Assembly: GCF_009914755.1 (NCBI RefSeq)
Contig: NC_060925.1
From: the human T2T-CHM13v2.0 reference genome, Homo sapiens
DNA length: 64,000 nt
Strand: one strand, 5' to 3'
In this document: piece by piece, positions 45,783 to 59,313 of the stretch
How positions within the stretch are numbered: the first letter of the stretch is position 1
How the letters are laid out: every line of letters starts with the position of its first letter
Program-made: the position numbers and the translations under genes
The notes under the pieces: generated by a model
The model's database searches: none
What the model was told of the DNA's origin: nothing
Seen by the model: only the letters and a program-made list of their open reading frames with translations

Positions 45783-46959
45783 CCCAAATAGTGTTTTTAA
45801 ATGCATAAAATGAGATACATAGGATTACAAAGGAATGGTTACGGTTCTAACCATAGATCCCAGGTTAAAATGGCCAGTTACACTCTTTTCGAGGACAAAT
45901 ATTCCACTCTGTGAAAACAGAGCACAAACCTTGGCTTCTCCTCCTGCACACTGGAGGGTGGGGTTGGGGGAGGTGTTTGTGCATATTTTTGCAGGGCTGT
46001 CCTGGGGGTGGAGATAAATGTCTGAGAGGCAGAGTTTGGAACCCTAGGAGGATGCCACTTGGAGGCAGATGGCTGGGCTGCCTGGGGGAAGGGTTGAGCA
46101 CCCCATCTCTGGAGGTGGTGAGCTGGAGGCCCATCTGTCAGGGATTCTGGGGTCAGGCTGGGGTGGGTGATTTCTGCCCAGGTGGGAGAGGATTTTGATT
46201 TTTCCTGAGCTACTTTTGGTGGTGAATCTAGGAGGTACGCAGGGCTGTAGGAACTTTCTCTTTTGCCAAACCCTGAGCCACGCCGGCAGCCCTGGGAATG
46301 AGAGAATGGTTACTTTGTGCAGGCTTCCACCCGCCAGGCCCATAGCAACAAATTTACCCCAGTGCCATCTCCAATTTGCCTCAGAACCAGTAATTGATCT
46401 TGTTCTTTGGAAGACAATGGCTTCAGGGTAGGGAAACACCTTGCTCCTCTGTCTGTCTTCCAAAACCATTCCTGGGGAAGGGGATGGATTGTAAACCATA
46501 TCACCCATCCTCCCGCAACAGCTGTGCAGGCTTTCAGTTCTGAGCCTAGGAGGGGATCCCTCCTTCTTTCCTCTGTGGCACCGTCACCCTCCCTGGCAGC
46601 TTGAAGGCCTTCGACATCACCCAAGAGCCTTTGAAATTGTCCAGTCCAAATCCCCTGTGTGGGAGCGTGGATGGGGTCACTGAGGCCTAGAGAGGGCAAG
46701 GGCTTTGCCTAAGTCACATAGCCTCAGGGTAGCAGGGCGGGTTCTGGAACCTCAGCACTGACTCATCCTGCTGTGTCTGGAGTAGGGAGAGCTGGCAGTG
46801 GGAAGGCAGCCCCGGGTCTCCTTTGACAAACACATCATGCTTCCCACCTAAACCACCTCTGTGGGTGGGGAGCTGGGGACTGGTCTATTAGCTTTCTCCC
46901 GCTGTCCCCCGAGGGTGCATTTGTCTGTTTTGCATTTTTTCCAGGCTGTAGTTAGACAA

Positions 46960-47130
46960 CTCCTGGTCCTGGGGGGAGCGCTGCAAAGAGAAAATGTCAG
47001 GGCGACATGCCGCCAAGATAACATTAGCGAAATATCAAGTCCTTTATGATGTCAAGAGGGATTCCTTCCCGCTGCCGAAGCTGCCTAATGACATCATAAA
47101 ATAGGCCTGCAGCAGCCGCAGTCCCCCTGA
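46960..47130. promoter_or_regulatory. Candidate enhancer with an inverted TGACATCATAAA pair
   Basis: tttatgatgtca 47043-47054 and its exact reverse complement at 47089-47100; CpGs retained. Confidence 0.45.
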
Positions 47131-47969
47131 GTCATCCATCAGCCCTGTTCATGGAGGGTCCCAGCCCGCACGCGGGGTGGGGGGTGCCGGATTTTAAACC
47201 CAAAGGAGGCTCCAACAGAGCAGTACTGTGATGAACTGAGGGACAGAGGACACCCACAGCTCCCAGAAAGGGGCAGCCTCCTGGCGGCAGTGCCCCTCCA
47301 TGGCTGACCTGGACACTAGGGGACAGGCATGTCTCCAAGGCCCCTCGGAGACCTTGAGGCTGAGTTGGCTGCCATAGGAAACTAACACCTCCCGGGGAGG
47401 ACCGCACCCAGCCTAGAGTACCTCCGTGGTGCTAAATGAGAAAAGAGAGCCAAGCCCAGACTTCTGGTTTCCTGAGGGCTGACCTATCTCTTGAGGGACA
47501 GACAGGACTGCTGGGCCCACGGGCCCCATCATCTGGTGCAATGAGACCAAGAGTCACCCCACTGGAGACAGATGGAGGAGGTCTTTGGCTCCTTTGAGGC
47601 TGGCATGTACTCTTGCATGTTTTGTGTGTACACTTGCGTGTGCCCATCTAGCTGTATAAATCTAAGAGTGTTCACAGCACATTGACAAATGGGTTGGTCC
47701 GCATGTGTACAGCCCGTGTGTACACACTCATGCCTGCATGCCTACTGTCCACCTGCTTTCATTTTTGTGTGTCTGAGTCTACAGCTGCCTAGATACCTTT
47801 CTCTATGTCCATGTGCTTGTGTTTATGCATGTCAAAGTGTCTGCCGATGTGGGGAAGGAGATGTGGAAGCAGATAAGGAAGAGTGAAGGGAGAAGGGGGA
47901 TCCCAGAGGGTGAGTGGGTGCGTGGGGTGTAGGGGTGCCAAGCACGTCCACTCATCACGCTAGGCGGAG

Positions 47970-48515
47970 GACATCAGCTGTGTGTTGGATTCACCTGGGG
48001 AAGCTGTAAAATCTACCCATGCTCCAGTCTCCCCTCAGATCAATGAAATCAGGACCTCTGGAGCCAGGGCCCAGGTACCAGCATTTTTTCAAGGCTCCCC
48101 AGGCGACTGTAAAGTGCCACTGGGGTTGAGAACCAGGGGTGTACTCAAGCCTGGCTATTCTAAGTGTGGTCTGAGGACTCGCAGCATCAGCCCACCTGGG
48201 AGCTTCAGAGAAATGCAGAATGCCAGGCCCTGTGCCAGGCCTCTTGAGTCATAATCTGCATTTTCATCCCACAATCTGTATTTGAATAGGATCCCCAGGT
48301 GATCTGTACATCCATTAAAGCTTGAGAAGAGTAGAGCGGTGCTTCTCCACATAAGCAGGCAACAGAACGTGTTTTAACAAACCCTCTGGGGTGATTCTGT
48401 TGCAGAATTTCTGATTCAGTAGGTCTGGGGTGGTGTCTAAGAATGTGCTTTTCTAACGAGTTCCCAGGTGAGGCTGATGCGGCCAACCTGGGGCCTACAC
48501 TTTGAGAACCACTGG
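47970..48515. mobile_element. Cluster of 3-4 adjacent MER5A/MER5B hAT-Charlie MITEs
   Basis: aatcaggacctctggag...ctccccaggcgactgtaaagtgcc...gttgagaacca; gcagcatcagcccacctgggagctt..agaaatgcagaat; gcagaatttctgattcagtaggtctggg...cacactttgagaaccactgg. Confidence 0.85.
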
Positions 48516-51457
48516 TATGATTGTAGCATATGAAGGAGGCAGACAGGGGGAAAAGGGAGTGGAGGCGGGGGTGTTGGGGAGGGAAGGTGGGATGGAAGGG
48601 GAGAGGACAGCTTAGTCACCTGGGAAGATCATGTCCCTCGAGAGTCTGCCCTGTCATTGTCTTAGGGTCTTGATTTTCCTGACTCTTGGGCTAGGCCAGG
48701 GATGGGGCTAATAAAGGGAACAAGAAACATACAGAACTCTACCGAGAATTGCTGGCATTTATCCTCTCCTTTCTGGTCCCTGCAGAGCCTCTCCCCACCC
48801 CTCATTCTGTTCAGTACAGGGATCCAGGGCTGGATACTTCTCTGGTTCCTGAGAGCCCCAGGCCAAAGACGCGGGCCCTCTCAGAGCCTGAGCTCATCAA
48901 AATGCCCACATGCCTTCTTGGGAGTCCAGCGCTCAGAGGGGGCTCAATAATCAGGGCACCCATGTATCCAGTTTGCCTGTGACAGTCAGTTTCCAAGAAT
49001 CATCCTTTCATTCTCAAAAGTTTGCATGATAAGCCATATGGCTCCCTACTAATAATGGTTACCGAAATGATGAAAGTTCGGTTGAGGTAGAGGTGAGGAG
49101 GCTGAGAGGGTGGAGTGTGGGAGGGGACGGGGTGTCTTCCAAGGGGAAGCCCTTTGGAAACCTGCCTTTCAGGGCCCCTCTGCCTTGCCCGGCTTCCTTG
49201 GGGAGGAATGGGAGGGAGGGTCTTTCCCAGGAGGGGTCAGTACATGGCGGAGGGGGGGGCGGTCTCTCCTATGGGGCGGCCAGCCTTGTCTGTCTGCCGG
49301 TGCGGAGGCAGGAGATGGGGTGGGGATGGCGGTGGGAGCAGAGGACGGGCAGGTAGAGGCTCAGCTGCAGCCCCTCTCTTGGCTGGGGCCAGACCGTAGT
49401 ATCAGTACCTCTTTTGCCTGCATCTCCGCCCCAGGAACCTGAGGGCTGGGGGAGGAGATAGGGATCAGCGGGAATACCAGAGGTGTGAGGCAGGCATGAA
49501 CTCACCCAGGGTGTGCCTGCTCTCTGAGCCCTGCCAGGCCACCCTCCACCCGCTCCCAGGTACCCCCAGGCCGGGTTAGACAACAAGCTTCAGCCAGCCA
49601 CGGCAGGGGCGTCCCAACGCGCTGGCTGGGTCCCAGCCAGGCTGAGGCAGGGAACTGGGTAGCCTAGTGCTACCCAATACTTCTTCTGGAAATAGCCGAT
49701 AGTGAACCAAAGTGGATCTTCTCCGCCCACCCCTGCTGGGTCCCCGGGGGCTGGTGCATTTGGGGGAGCAGCAGGGAAGTAGAGCTGGGGCTGGGGAGAG
49801 CAATTTAGGACTGGAATTTTGCCATAGACTTGTGGTCCAGAAACAAGGGAAGTCAGTACTTTCAAATGACCAGGGGAACTGGGAGACCTGTCTCAGCTTG
49901 GGACAGGGGGTGAAAATCAGGAAGAAGTTGGTCCAGCAGTGTGGGCCAGTAGAAGAATGCCACTGTGTGCCCAGTGGTGTGCTCACAGGCATTAACTTGG
50001 AAATCACGGGCAGAAAAGCCGGAGGAAGCTGTGGGAAGTATTTACCAAGCCAAATACATTAAAGCACCTCTTGGTAACTTCTGATTCTGGATGAAACCAG
50101 AGATTCACATGTGGTAAGGTGGGCTGTTAAAGTCAACTGGTTGACATGGGCTTGGTGGAGTATGGGTGGCCCCCTAGAAGCTGTGGGTGTCCTGAAAATG
50201 TAGGGGGAGGGCTCTAGGAGAAAATACTCCTACCCTTGACTATCTGCTGAGTGGGCCCGAGCCTCCTGGCTAGGGGCCCCTCCCAGCTGCCCTGTCATCA
50301 CTCAGCAGTCCCCATTTATGCCTGAAAGCACACTCAGGCCCTCCCCACACATGCTCTTCTATCCCATCCCACTCGTCTATAAGTGCACCCATGCCACCCC
50401 TGCATACACTGGCACCCACCACCTCCATGCACATCCCACATCCGAAAGCACAGGGAAGCAAGTGGGCCTCACCCAGGAGCTTCGCACAGAGCATGCCGTC
50501 GAGACATCTTTGCATAATGAGTGAACGGATCCATCTGTGAGCCGTGACCTTTTCTGGCCATGCTCCTTTTCTGTGGGCTCAGAGTCCCAAATCCAGCAGG
50601 GAAGTGGGGGCAGACAGCATTTGCCCCAGGGCTAAAGGCCATAACCCTGCTCTCCAGAACATTACCTGGTAGTGGCTTTCCCTGCCTTGTGGATATGAGC
50701 TGCTGTTCAGAGCTCCCTTTCCCCCGTGTGCTTATAAGGGACCCCTGCCAGTATCTCTGCCTATCGTTCTCTGAGTCATTTTTTGTTTAGCAAATGTTTC
50801 CTGGGCTTTCTGTGTGCTTGGCCTTCTACTGAACTCTGGGGCCCAGAGACTAGGAGAACAGTTAGCTCATCCCTTCCAAAGGACACCCAGTGACTCTGGG
50901 GCTTGGCAGAACCCTCAGGCTGGCCACCCCTCCATTCTGGGATTATATCCTTCCTGGACCCTTCCCCACCTTCACTCCCATTTCTGCCCTCACACTCACA
51001 CACTTTTCTCTACCATGTGACAACCACCCTCCTCCTCCTTGCCATTCTGCTCCACCCCTCCTTTTCCTTCTTCACTCTGCTTTGACTGGATGACAACACC
51101 TGGTGGCCTGGTTGTGTTCTCTTGGTTCTGGGACAGTGGCGGGAGTGTTGTGGAGGGTCTCGGATCCCTCTCTGGCAGCTGACACTCCTGTTTTGGCGCT
51201 GGGAGGAGCAGAGCCAGGTGGAACCCAAGTGGGTGGGTGGAGGTTGCCCCTACTGGGTTCTGGTTAGGGGTTTTGGCTTCTTGAGGGCCTGAAGCGTGGC
51301 AGGGAGGGGAGGGAGGACAAGGAGGGGGAGGAAGGAAGAGAGAGAGAGAATGGGAGATAGAAACAAGAGTGAAAGAAAGCCACAGTGACCGAGAAATAGA
51401 ATTGGGACAAACGAACCAACAGACAGAGATTCTGACTCTATTACCAGGCACTTCTTA

Positions 51458-51904
<447 letters not shown>

Positions 51905-52569
51905 CTACCCCTGCTGTGAGGGCCTGAGTGTGCCCTCCAGGAGGAGACCTTGGAGAGTGGCAGTGACGTTTCTCTGAGGGCACTCTGGCCCTGGGATGCT
52001 CTTGTTTTCCCCTCCATGGCCCCCACCTTGTTGAGGTCTTGACACCCCTCAGCTTAAGCCTTCAGGGAGCTTCAGAGATTGGAAATGAGCTTTGTAGAGG
52101 ATTTTGTGCATTCTCAGCACCCTCTGGCCACACCTCACATGGGTGGCCTTTAGCCTTTCCTCAGATCCTCGATCTCGGGTCGCCCTCCTTTGTCCCTGGC
52201 TGTGGGCTTGGACCTGATGAGTCCCGTCCTCTGGTCCCTGTGAGGCTGCCTAGGCAGGGGTGGGACTGGGGGCTCAAGATAAGGAGCCTGACCTCTCCTT
52301 CTTTCCTGCCGAACTGTCAAGAAGCTCCCAGGCAGGTTCTGATCCATCCCAACCTGCTCTGCAGGCCTCCTGGGCTCCTCATTTGCCCTTTGCCTGGGGG
52401 ACCCCTCCCCAGGCCCGGCCAAGGCCCAGGAGCCCTGCTAAGAGCCACGAGCAATCTCCTGAACTTAACAAGGGATCATGGCAGGAGCAGAGAGTCCCTT
52501 TGTGTCCTCACAGCACAGCACGCACCCGCCCCAGGACAGAGGGGCCCTGGCAGCCTCCAGCCTGGTTAT

Positions 52570-52740
52570 CTGATTTAGGGGCTGATGGGGTTTCTAATGG
52601 AAAACAATATGGTAATTTCAGAATGTTCCTGATTAGATGAAAATGATATTGCATCAAAGTTACTTCCTTAATTTATTCAGAAAATAACAAGAGAGAATTC
52701 TCTCCTAAGATCCTTAATTAAACCAGAGCTTCCACCGCAG
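52570..52740. promoter_or_regulatory. AT-rich conserved-element-like block
   Basis: aacaat (SOX), atcaaag (TCF/LEF), ttaattaa, tgattag and palindrome gagagaattctctc in GC-rich surroundings. Confidence 0.4.
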
Positions 52741-52859
52741 GCTAAGCAAGCTCTGAGCTCCAGGTGTGGGGAACAAAGGCCGCTCCTGGCCTGAATCTCT
52801 GAGGGGCTGCCCTTGGCTGTGGGGTCTGGGCAGGTCTTTACCCAGATAGGCTGCCCATT

Positions 52860-52878
52860 CTGCCAGGAGGGGGCGTTG
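52860..52878 (+). promoter_or_regulatory. Candidate CTCF site
   Basis: ctgccaggagggggcgttg matches the core CCASNAGRKGGCR. Confidence 0.45.
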
Positions 52879-54554
52879 GCAGAGACAGGGCCCAGGCTGA
52901 GGCTCCTTCTGCTGCAGGGGCCAGTGGGGTGGTCATCCTAGAATCATTCCAGTCCCGTCCTGCCTTCCTATCTTCTCCAACTTCTTCCTGCTGGGTCCCC
53001 AGTGATCCCGATCCATGGAGACTCAGAAAGCTGGGGTGGCAGAGCTGGGAGCCCAGGGCATCTTCAAGACATGGGCCAGCTGGGTGAGCATGGAAGATGC
53101 TGGTGGGGCCAGTTAGGATCCGCACTGGGTCAGCTTGGGGCAGTCGGCACACCTGAAAAGTCTTCGCCAAACAGGCTCTGATTTGAGAGGGAGAGGTAGG
53201 GCTAAGAGAAAGAATACAAGATGCTGAAGCATCTGGACTTTAGCAACAGGGAGAAGGAAGCTGTGGCCGCTCTTAGGCCTGAAGGGGCAAGGGAAGGAAG
53301 GACAGAGGAGGGGCCGCTGGACAGAGCTGTGGCCATAGAATAGCTCAGCCAGTGCCTGAATGCAGTGAGTCAGAGAGGAGATGGGAGGCACATTCCCAAC
53401 CTCTCTCTTTTCCTGCCCTTGATTCCTTGCTGGTGCCACATATTAGCTGGCCTGGACTGGAAGCCAGAGGGTGGGAGAGCCTGGGAGACACACTTCATAG
53501 GGAAGGCCCCTGGAGGGCCCAGAACAGGGCAGAAAGTGAACCTGGGGACAGAGCAAGCACAGCTTCCAAGGTGATGGTAAACAACCTTTCATCTGACTGA
53601 TGCCTCAGAATTTCTCCAGCACATTTTCATCCATTTTCCTTGTCATTCCCCGCAATAGCCCTGAGTATACACTGTTGTCTCCAGGAGGAAGCAGGCTCAG
53701 AGAGGTCAAGTGATATCCCTGAAATCACACAGTGGGGAGGTAATGGAGTCAAATTCCATTCTGCTTTACTCCACCTCCCTCCCCCTTTCCCCCCAATTAG
53801 ACGCTTGGGTGTATGAAAGTGCTAGTCTGAGCTGGGTGTTACAGTTTCCTGGTGTGCAAGGGCCCTGTCTAGAAGCTTCTGTGAGACCATGAGGGAAGTC
53901 CTGTTTCATGCCCATGGCACGTCAGCAAGCCCTTGGCACTTTGCAGACCAGACTACAGCAAACTCCCCAGGAAACAAAAATGTCTAATTCGTGTGAGAGC
54001 TCCTGCTTTGGGGTCTGCTATAGAGTGGGGTGAGTCTGGGATCTGCTGGAGCAGGAGCCAAAAAAGGAGGCATCATTCCTGAGTTGGAATCATTTTGGAA
54101 GGAACTCCCCATCTTCCCAGGGACCATCTCCATTTGTCCACATGCCTGCTGGTTACACTGCACCAGCCTCAGTCCCCCCCACCAGACACCAGCACCCCAC
54201 CTGCTGAGCAGTGTAGCAGGGGCCAGGAATAGCTGGGGATCCATGTGTCTAATCCTCTGGGTGGCAGGAGGAACCTGGGTGGGGTTCTTGGGAAGCTTTC
54301 GACTTTGAACTCTGATGTGGCAAATGGGTAGAGAGTTAGAAACGTGGGCTCTGAAACTGACTCAGAAGGACCATGAAGTGCGAGAAGAGTTCTGAGGGTG
54401 GGGAGGCTGGCAAGGCACATGCTTGTATGCGTGGGTGTGTGTGTATACATCAGCACATATGTATGTGAGGATGTGTGTGCAAGAGAAAGAGAATTGTTAG
54501 GTCACTGGCGATCAAAGGGTCAAGGTCAAAGGAGGCAGGGCTTGGATGGACTGT

Positions 54555-54760
54555 GATAATAATAGAAGCAGCTAGCATTTATGTAACGCTGTATGACAAG
54601 CCTGTTCCAGGCCCTTTACATAATTAACTATTTTAATCTTCACAACCAATTTAGGAGGTAGATACTATTATTACCCCATTTTACAGGTGAGGAAACTGAG
54701 ACACAGAGGGGTTCAATGATGAGCCCCAATATTGGAGCTAGGATTTGGGCCCAGGTCCAA
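54555..54760 (-). mobile_element. MIR
   Basis: ttaatcttcacaacc...aggtagatactattattaccccattttacaggtgaggaaactgagacacagag. Confidence 0.9.
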
Positions 54761-55786
54761 GTCATGACCACTGAGGGGCACTGCGGCCCCCAGCCTGTCC
54801 TGGAGGGCATGGTCCTGGACCCTGCCTCCTGCACAGGGCTTCTGGACTGCTACTTTGATGCTCTGTGTGTCATGCTCTTTGTCCCCAGCAGGTCTGTTTT
54901 GGGGGATGTGAAGTTGATCCCACAAAGTTCAGGTATCAGGCGGGAGGTCCTAACTGAGCCAAAACAGGGAGGTGTCAAAGAAGCTTGGGTTTGGGGGGAC
55001 CATTCATCCTGGATGGCAGGATGCAGGGGTTGTAGGGGGATGAGGCAGAGAAGTGAGCAGAGGTGATGTGTAAAGGGTCTTTGTCGGCCAGACTAAGTCA
55101 TGACACCTCCATCCTATAGCATGGAGGCAGGAGCCCTTGATAAGGGTTTCACACAGGAGAGTGGCATGGTCATCCTAGAAGGCTCACTCTGGTGCGGTGT
55201 GGACTGGAGAAGGAGAGACTGGAGGCTGAGCAGTTGATGAGCTGAGTAATGCCAAAACCCCCAGGCAAAAGGTGATAAGGCCTGGGCTGGGTCAGGAGGT
55301 GGAACTGGGGAGATGCTCTTAAGAGGTAGAAGCATCAGTGTTTGGGGATAGACTGGACATGGTGGGGTGGGGGAAGGGAGTCACTGAGAAGGACACCTAG
55401 GTTTTTGGTTACCTGGGTGGGTAGAAGTCGTACGAGGAAGAGCAGCTCCTGCTAGTCCCGTAGGTCCCTCAAGGCAGCAGAGAAGTCTGTGGCCCTGGTG
55501 GCTGAGGCTCGGCTACCTGGAGGAGCCTAGGAAAAGTGACCAGGGCATCTTCCCATAGGCCAGGGTATCACATGGCCCTGGAGAGATTTGGAGCCCTGGA
55601 TTCTTTCCTGCTGGACACCAGAGACTGAGGAGGCAGGAGGTCAGAGGCATGGCAGTGGACAAATCAGGAAATGGGGGCAGGGATTTGTTTCCTTTGGAAT
55701 CATTTTCACTTTCCTTAGCCTCCTCTGTTTCTAAAAGACTCAAACAGGAGATGGCAGGAGAAGGAAAACTATATATCATTCATTCA

Positions 55787-56073
55787 TTTTTTTTTTTTGA
55801 GACGGAGTCTCACCCTGTCACCCAGGCTAGAGTGCAGTGGCACGGTCTCATCTCACTACAACCTCCGCATCCTGGGCTCAAGCGATCCCCTTGCCTCAGC
55901 CTCGTGAATAGCTTGGAATACAGGCGCGTACCACCATGCCTTGCTAATTTTTGTATTTTCCTAGAGATGGTGTTTCAACTCCTGACCAGTTTTGAACTCC
56001 TGACCTCAAGTGATCCGCCCACCTCGGCCTCCCAAAGTGCTGGGATTACAGATATGAGCCACTGCACCTGGCC
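55787..56073 (-). mobile_element. Alu
   Basis: Antisense Alu; TSD atcattcatt. Confidence 0.9.
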
Positions 56074-57364
56074 TCATCATTCATTCTTAAGTCTGAAATT
56101 CCAGAGAAGCCCTGTGCTACAGTGGTTAGAACTCTCATTCTGTGGTTAGCTGGGCTTCACATTTCAAAATTATCACTTTGTAACTGGGTGTTCTTGGGCA
56201 AATCACTCTACCTCTCTGAGCCTTAGTTTCCTCATCTGGCAGTTAGGGATCATTCTAATACATACCTCATAGGCTTGTTGTGAAGTTTAAGGTAGTGAAG
56301 GGCCTCCATGGCAGCTCGTAATGATGCTCAGATCTGTGCAGGGTGACAGGGAACAGGGCTGCTATGGCATGTCTCCTAGGAGGCCTCCCCCCTCCACAGG
56401 GAGGGGACACAGCTATTCTTTTGGAACTGGGGATGGGGAAGAAGGGGAGGGGTGCCTGTAGGTCTTTACTGCCTGGCAATTCCAGGCCCTGCCTCTTCCT
56501 CGCAATCCTGGAAAAAAAAAATGGCAACCCCCCATCCCCCCGCCACACCATCTCCCCTGCCTAGGCATGGGCCTCTCCAGATAGGATTTGGACCTGCCAC
56601 GTCTCAGCCTTTCCCCCTGGCTGCAGACAGTGCCCAGCTCAGCCCAGCTTCTCCCCACCAGGGCAGTGCCTCAACTCCAGCTGTCCTGTGCCTGCAGGTC
56701 CCAACCCGAAGCCAGGGCAAGTGGTCCCTGAGCTCTCAGATGACCCAGAGGGAGTTCTGAGGTCGGGGCAGGACCCAGCCTTGCCGCAGACCCATCTACA
56801 TCCTTCCAAGGTCAGAGCCCACAGTCAGAGCCCACAAGGAAGGCAGCAGAGGGTGGTCACTTCCCTCTCTCCCTGGCTCCAGCTCTGGGAGCGAGGAGCC
56901 TGACCCCTGGCCTGAACTCGGCTCTTACCCCAACCCCAACTCAGAGAGTTTGCTGGCAGCAGCCTGGATGACTTTGGTGTAGTTTCTGTGGTTTAATAAG
57001 CTACAAAAACGACATTATTTTAAGCCAATCTGGATATAGCACAAAAACTCTCACCCCGTCTGTTCTGTGAAACTCAGATACCCTGACGAGAACACAGCTC
57101 ACAACCAACTAATACAATATTCTACTGGGCGCGCTGTCAGCGGGCCCCACGCGGGAGCCGGCTCCCCGAGGAGGACGGCCCAGCCGCGCAGCGCAGGCCG
57201 AGGAGGGAGGCGGCGGCCGGGGCGGCGGAGCAGGCGGAGGGCCCAGGGCCGGGGTGGGGGCCTCGCGGGGTTGGGGGGACTGCCTATCTTCTCCCGGAGC
57301 AGCTGGGGCCGGCCACACAGAACCCCCTCTCGGCTCCCCTGCCCCCATGGATGGGGACGCGGGG

Positions 57365-57468
57365 AGGAGAGGAGAGAGGAGAGGAGAGGAGAGGAGAGGA
57401 GAGAGGAGAGGAGAGGAGAGGAGAGAGGAGAGAAGAGAAGAAGAGAAGAGAGGAGAAGAGAGGAGAGG
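57365..57468. repeat. (GAGAG/GGAGA)n polypurine microsatellite
   Basis: gaggagaggagagaggagaggagaggagagg... Confidence 0.95.
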
Positions 57469-57555
57469 CGCGTTCTGGCCTGCTGACAGCAGTTCTACTC
57501 CCACAACTCACATATGTCTGATTCCGAAGCAGGGAAGTGTGTCCAACACACCCAA

Positions 57556-57656
57556 TGCAAAGACAGGTTGTTGAATATTTTTTCTCTCATCACTAAAAAG
57601 GATTCCCTGCTGGGTGCAATCAAGATCCATAAACTCGCGGCTCGAGTCGGTGTGAA
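57556..57656 (+). repeat. Unique-sequence duplication pair 1, copy A
   Basis: Aligns to 59314-59419 with 7 substitutions and one 5-nt indel. Confidence 0.95.
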
Positions 57657-59313
57657 AGCAGCGCTCCAGCCCAGACTCCCTCGCTGGCGCTAAATGCAGG
57701 CTCCGGGCGGGCGGAGATGCGCCGGCATCCGCTAGCAGCCTGGCCTTGCGACCGGCAGTTCCCGGCACATTAGGCAGTGCGCTTATTTTGGGCTCCGCTT
57801 CAGTGGATTAACTTTCAGTGTAAAGTTTTGGAGCTTGGGCACCGTCCCCGTGACACTGCCCCCTCCCCTTTCGGTGGGTACCAAACTTCACAGAGCCAGA
57901 GTCAAGGAGAGCTGGCTGGGTTCTCAGCAGCCCTGGGGTTCAGTGGCTGTTCTCCCTGGCAGCCTGGAGAGCCCCCCAGCTGGCTGACCCAGCCTGCCTT
58001 AGTGGGGACCAGGTGCCAACGCCTCTCTCTGGGGCAGAGACACTGAGCTTGCAGGGTTTTGGTGATTTTGCAAGGTTCCCGTCGGGGGTTGATCTGGGCT
58101 GAACTCGTCTCACTTCTGCTGGTGGTGGCAAGCCTGGTATCACCGCCCTCCACACACTGGCTCCCTCCTGCCTTGGGCATAGGAACCCAGGACGCATCCT
58201 GGAGGCTGGAATCCTGATGTTTATATGAAGATAAGGGTGCCTTCTTTCTTCTGAGATGCCTTCCCCATCCCTCAAGTAGGGAGGCTGAGGCAGAAAGGGA
58301 AGTGGCAGGAGACTTAGTTGGGCCATAGGAGAGCCCCAGGGAAGCCGAGGGGGCAGAGAGAGGGTGTGAGGGAGAGAAGAAAAGGGAACACGGCCAGCCC
58401 CTAGACTCCTTTCTGATGTCTTGGGAAGGAAGAGATTGGGGTTCTTGGAGAAACCTGGGCTCCTCTTTCCCTCCCCCCACCAGATGCTCAGTGACTGTCC
58501 GCTGGGAGGTGCTTTCAGATCCAATGGTTTAAAACTCTAGTTCCCATGAATTATTAAGAAGCAACTGAAAATGTTGTCTTCAGAAAAGTTCCCCTTCTTC
58601 CTCCAGCATCCCATTTTCTGGGGGCCTAGGATGTGTCATTTAAAACCAGAGTGAGCTTCAGAAACAACATGCAGGGTGAAGCAGCCCAGTGAGAGTGCCC
58701 AGACTCTACAGGGTGTGGACTGTGTTACTTACTCACTCATTCATCCCAACACATCATCAGGGCTGACTTTGTTTAGGTTACTGGATGGGGGCTTTGGGAG
58801 GCACGGCCTGGTAAGGGAGAGTAGATGCATACCTGTTCACACATTTGTTCATTTATTAACACCGAGCATGAGCCAGGCACCGTGTTTGGGTGCCGAGTGC
58901 AAGCAGATGCAGTTTAAGTATGAAGCAGAATGTGAAAAGGGCTGTGAAGGAGAGAAGGGCTTGGGGATTGGGCTGCACGGAGCCTCTGCAGGCAGCGCTG
59001 TCCAGGACCTCTCCCAGCTGCGAGGCAATGCTGAGTGAAGGCTGGATGGACTACAGTGCCTTCCGGGCCTGCATCCTTTTAAGCTTTGCATCAGCTTGCA
59101 GAAACCCACAGGGATGCAATCACTGTGCCTCAAAGTTATATCAAGGCAAAACCCAACGATGAGAAAGAGGAAATGTTGAGGCAGTTTGGGGGAGCCCTGG
59201 ATTTTTTTTTAAAAAAGCCTTCTTTCCACTCATAAATCACCCTCCTTTGAAACCCCTCCTCCACTTTCTCTGCTCTCTCTCTCTCTCTCTCTCTCTCCAA
59301 GAGATCAGCACAT

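Larger units (their letters stand above)
57127..57800. promoter_or_regulatory. Orphan CpG island (possible lncRNA promoter or poised enhancer)
   Basis: Dense CpGs at 57127-57360 and 57635-57790, GC boxes (ggggcgg); no coding exon nearby. Confidence 0.7.
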
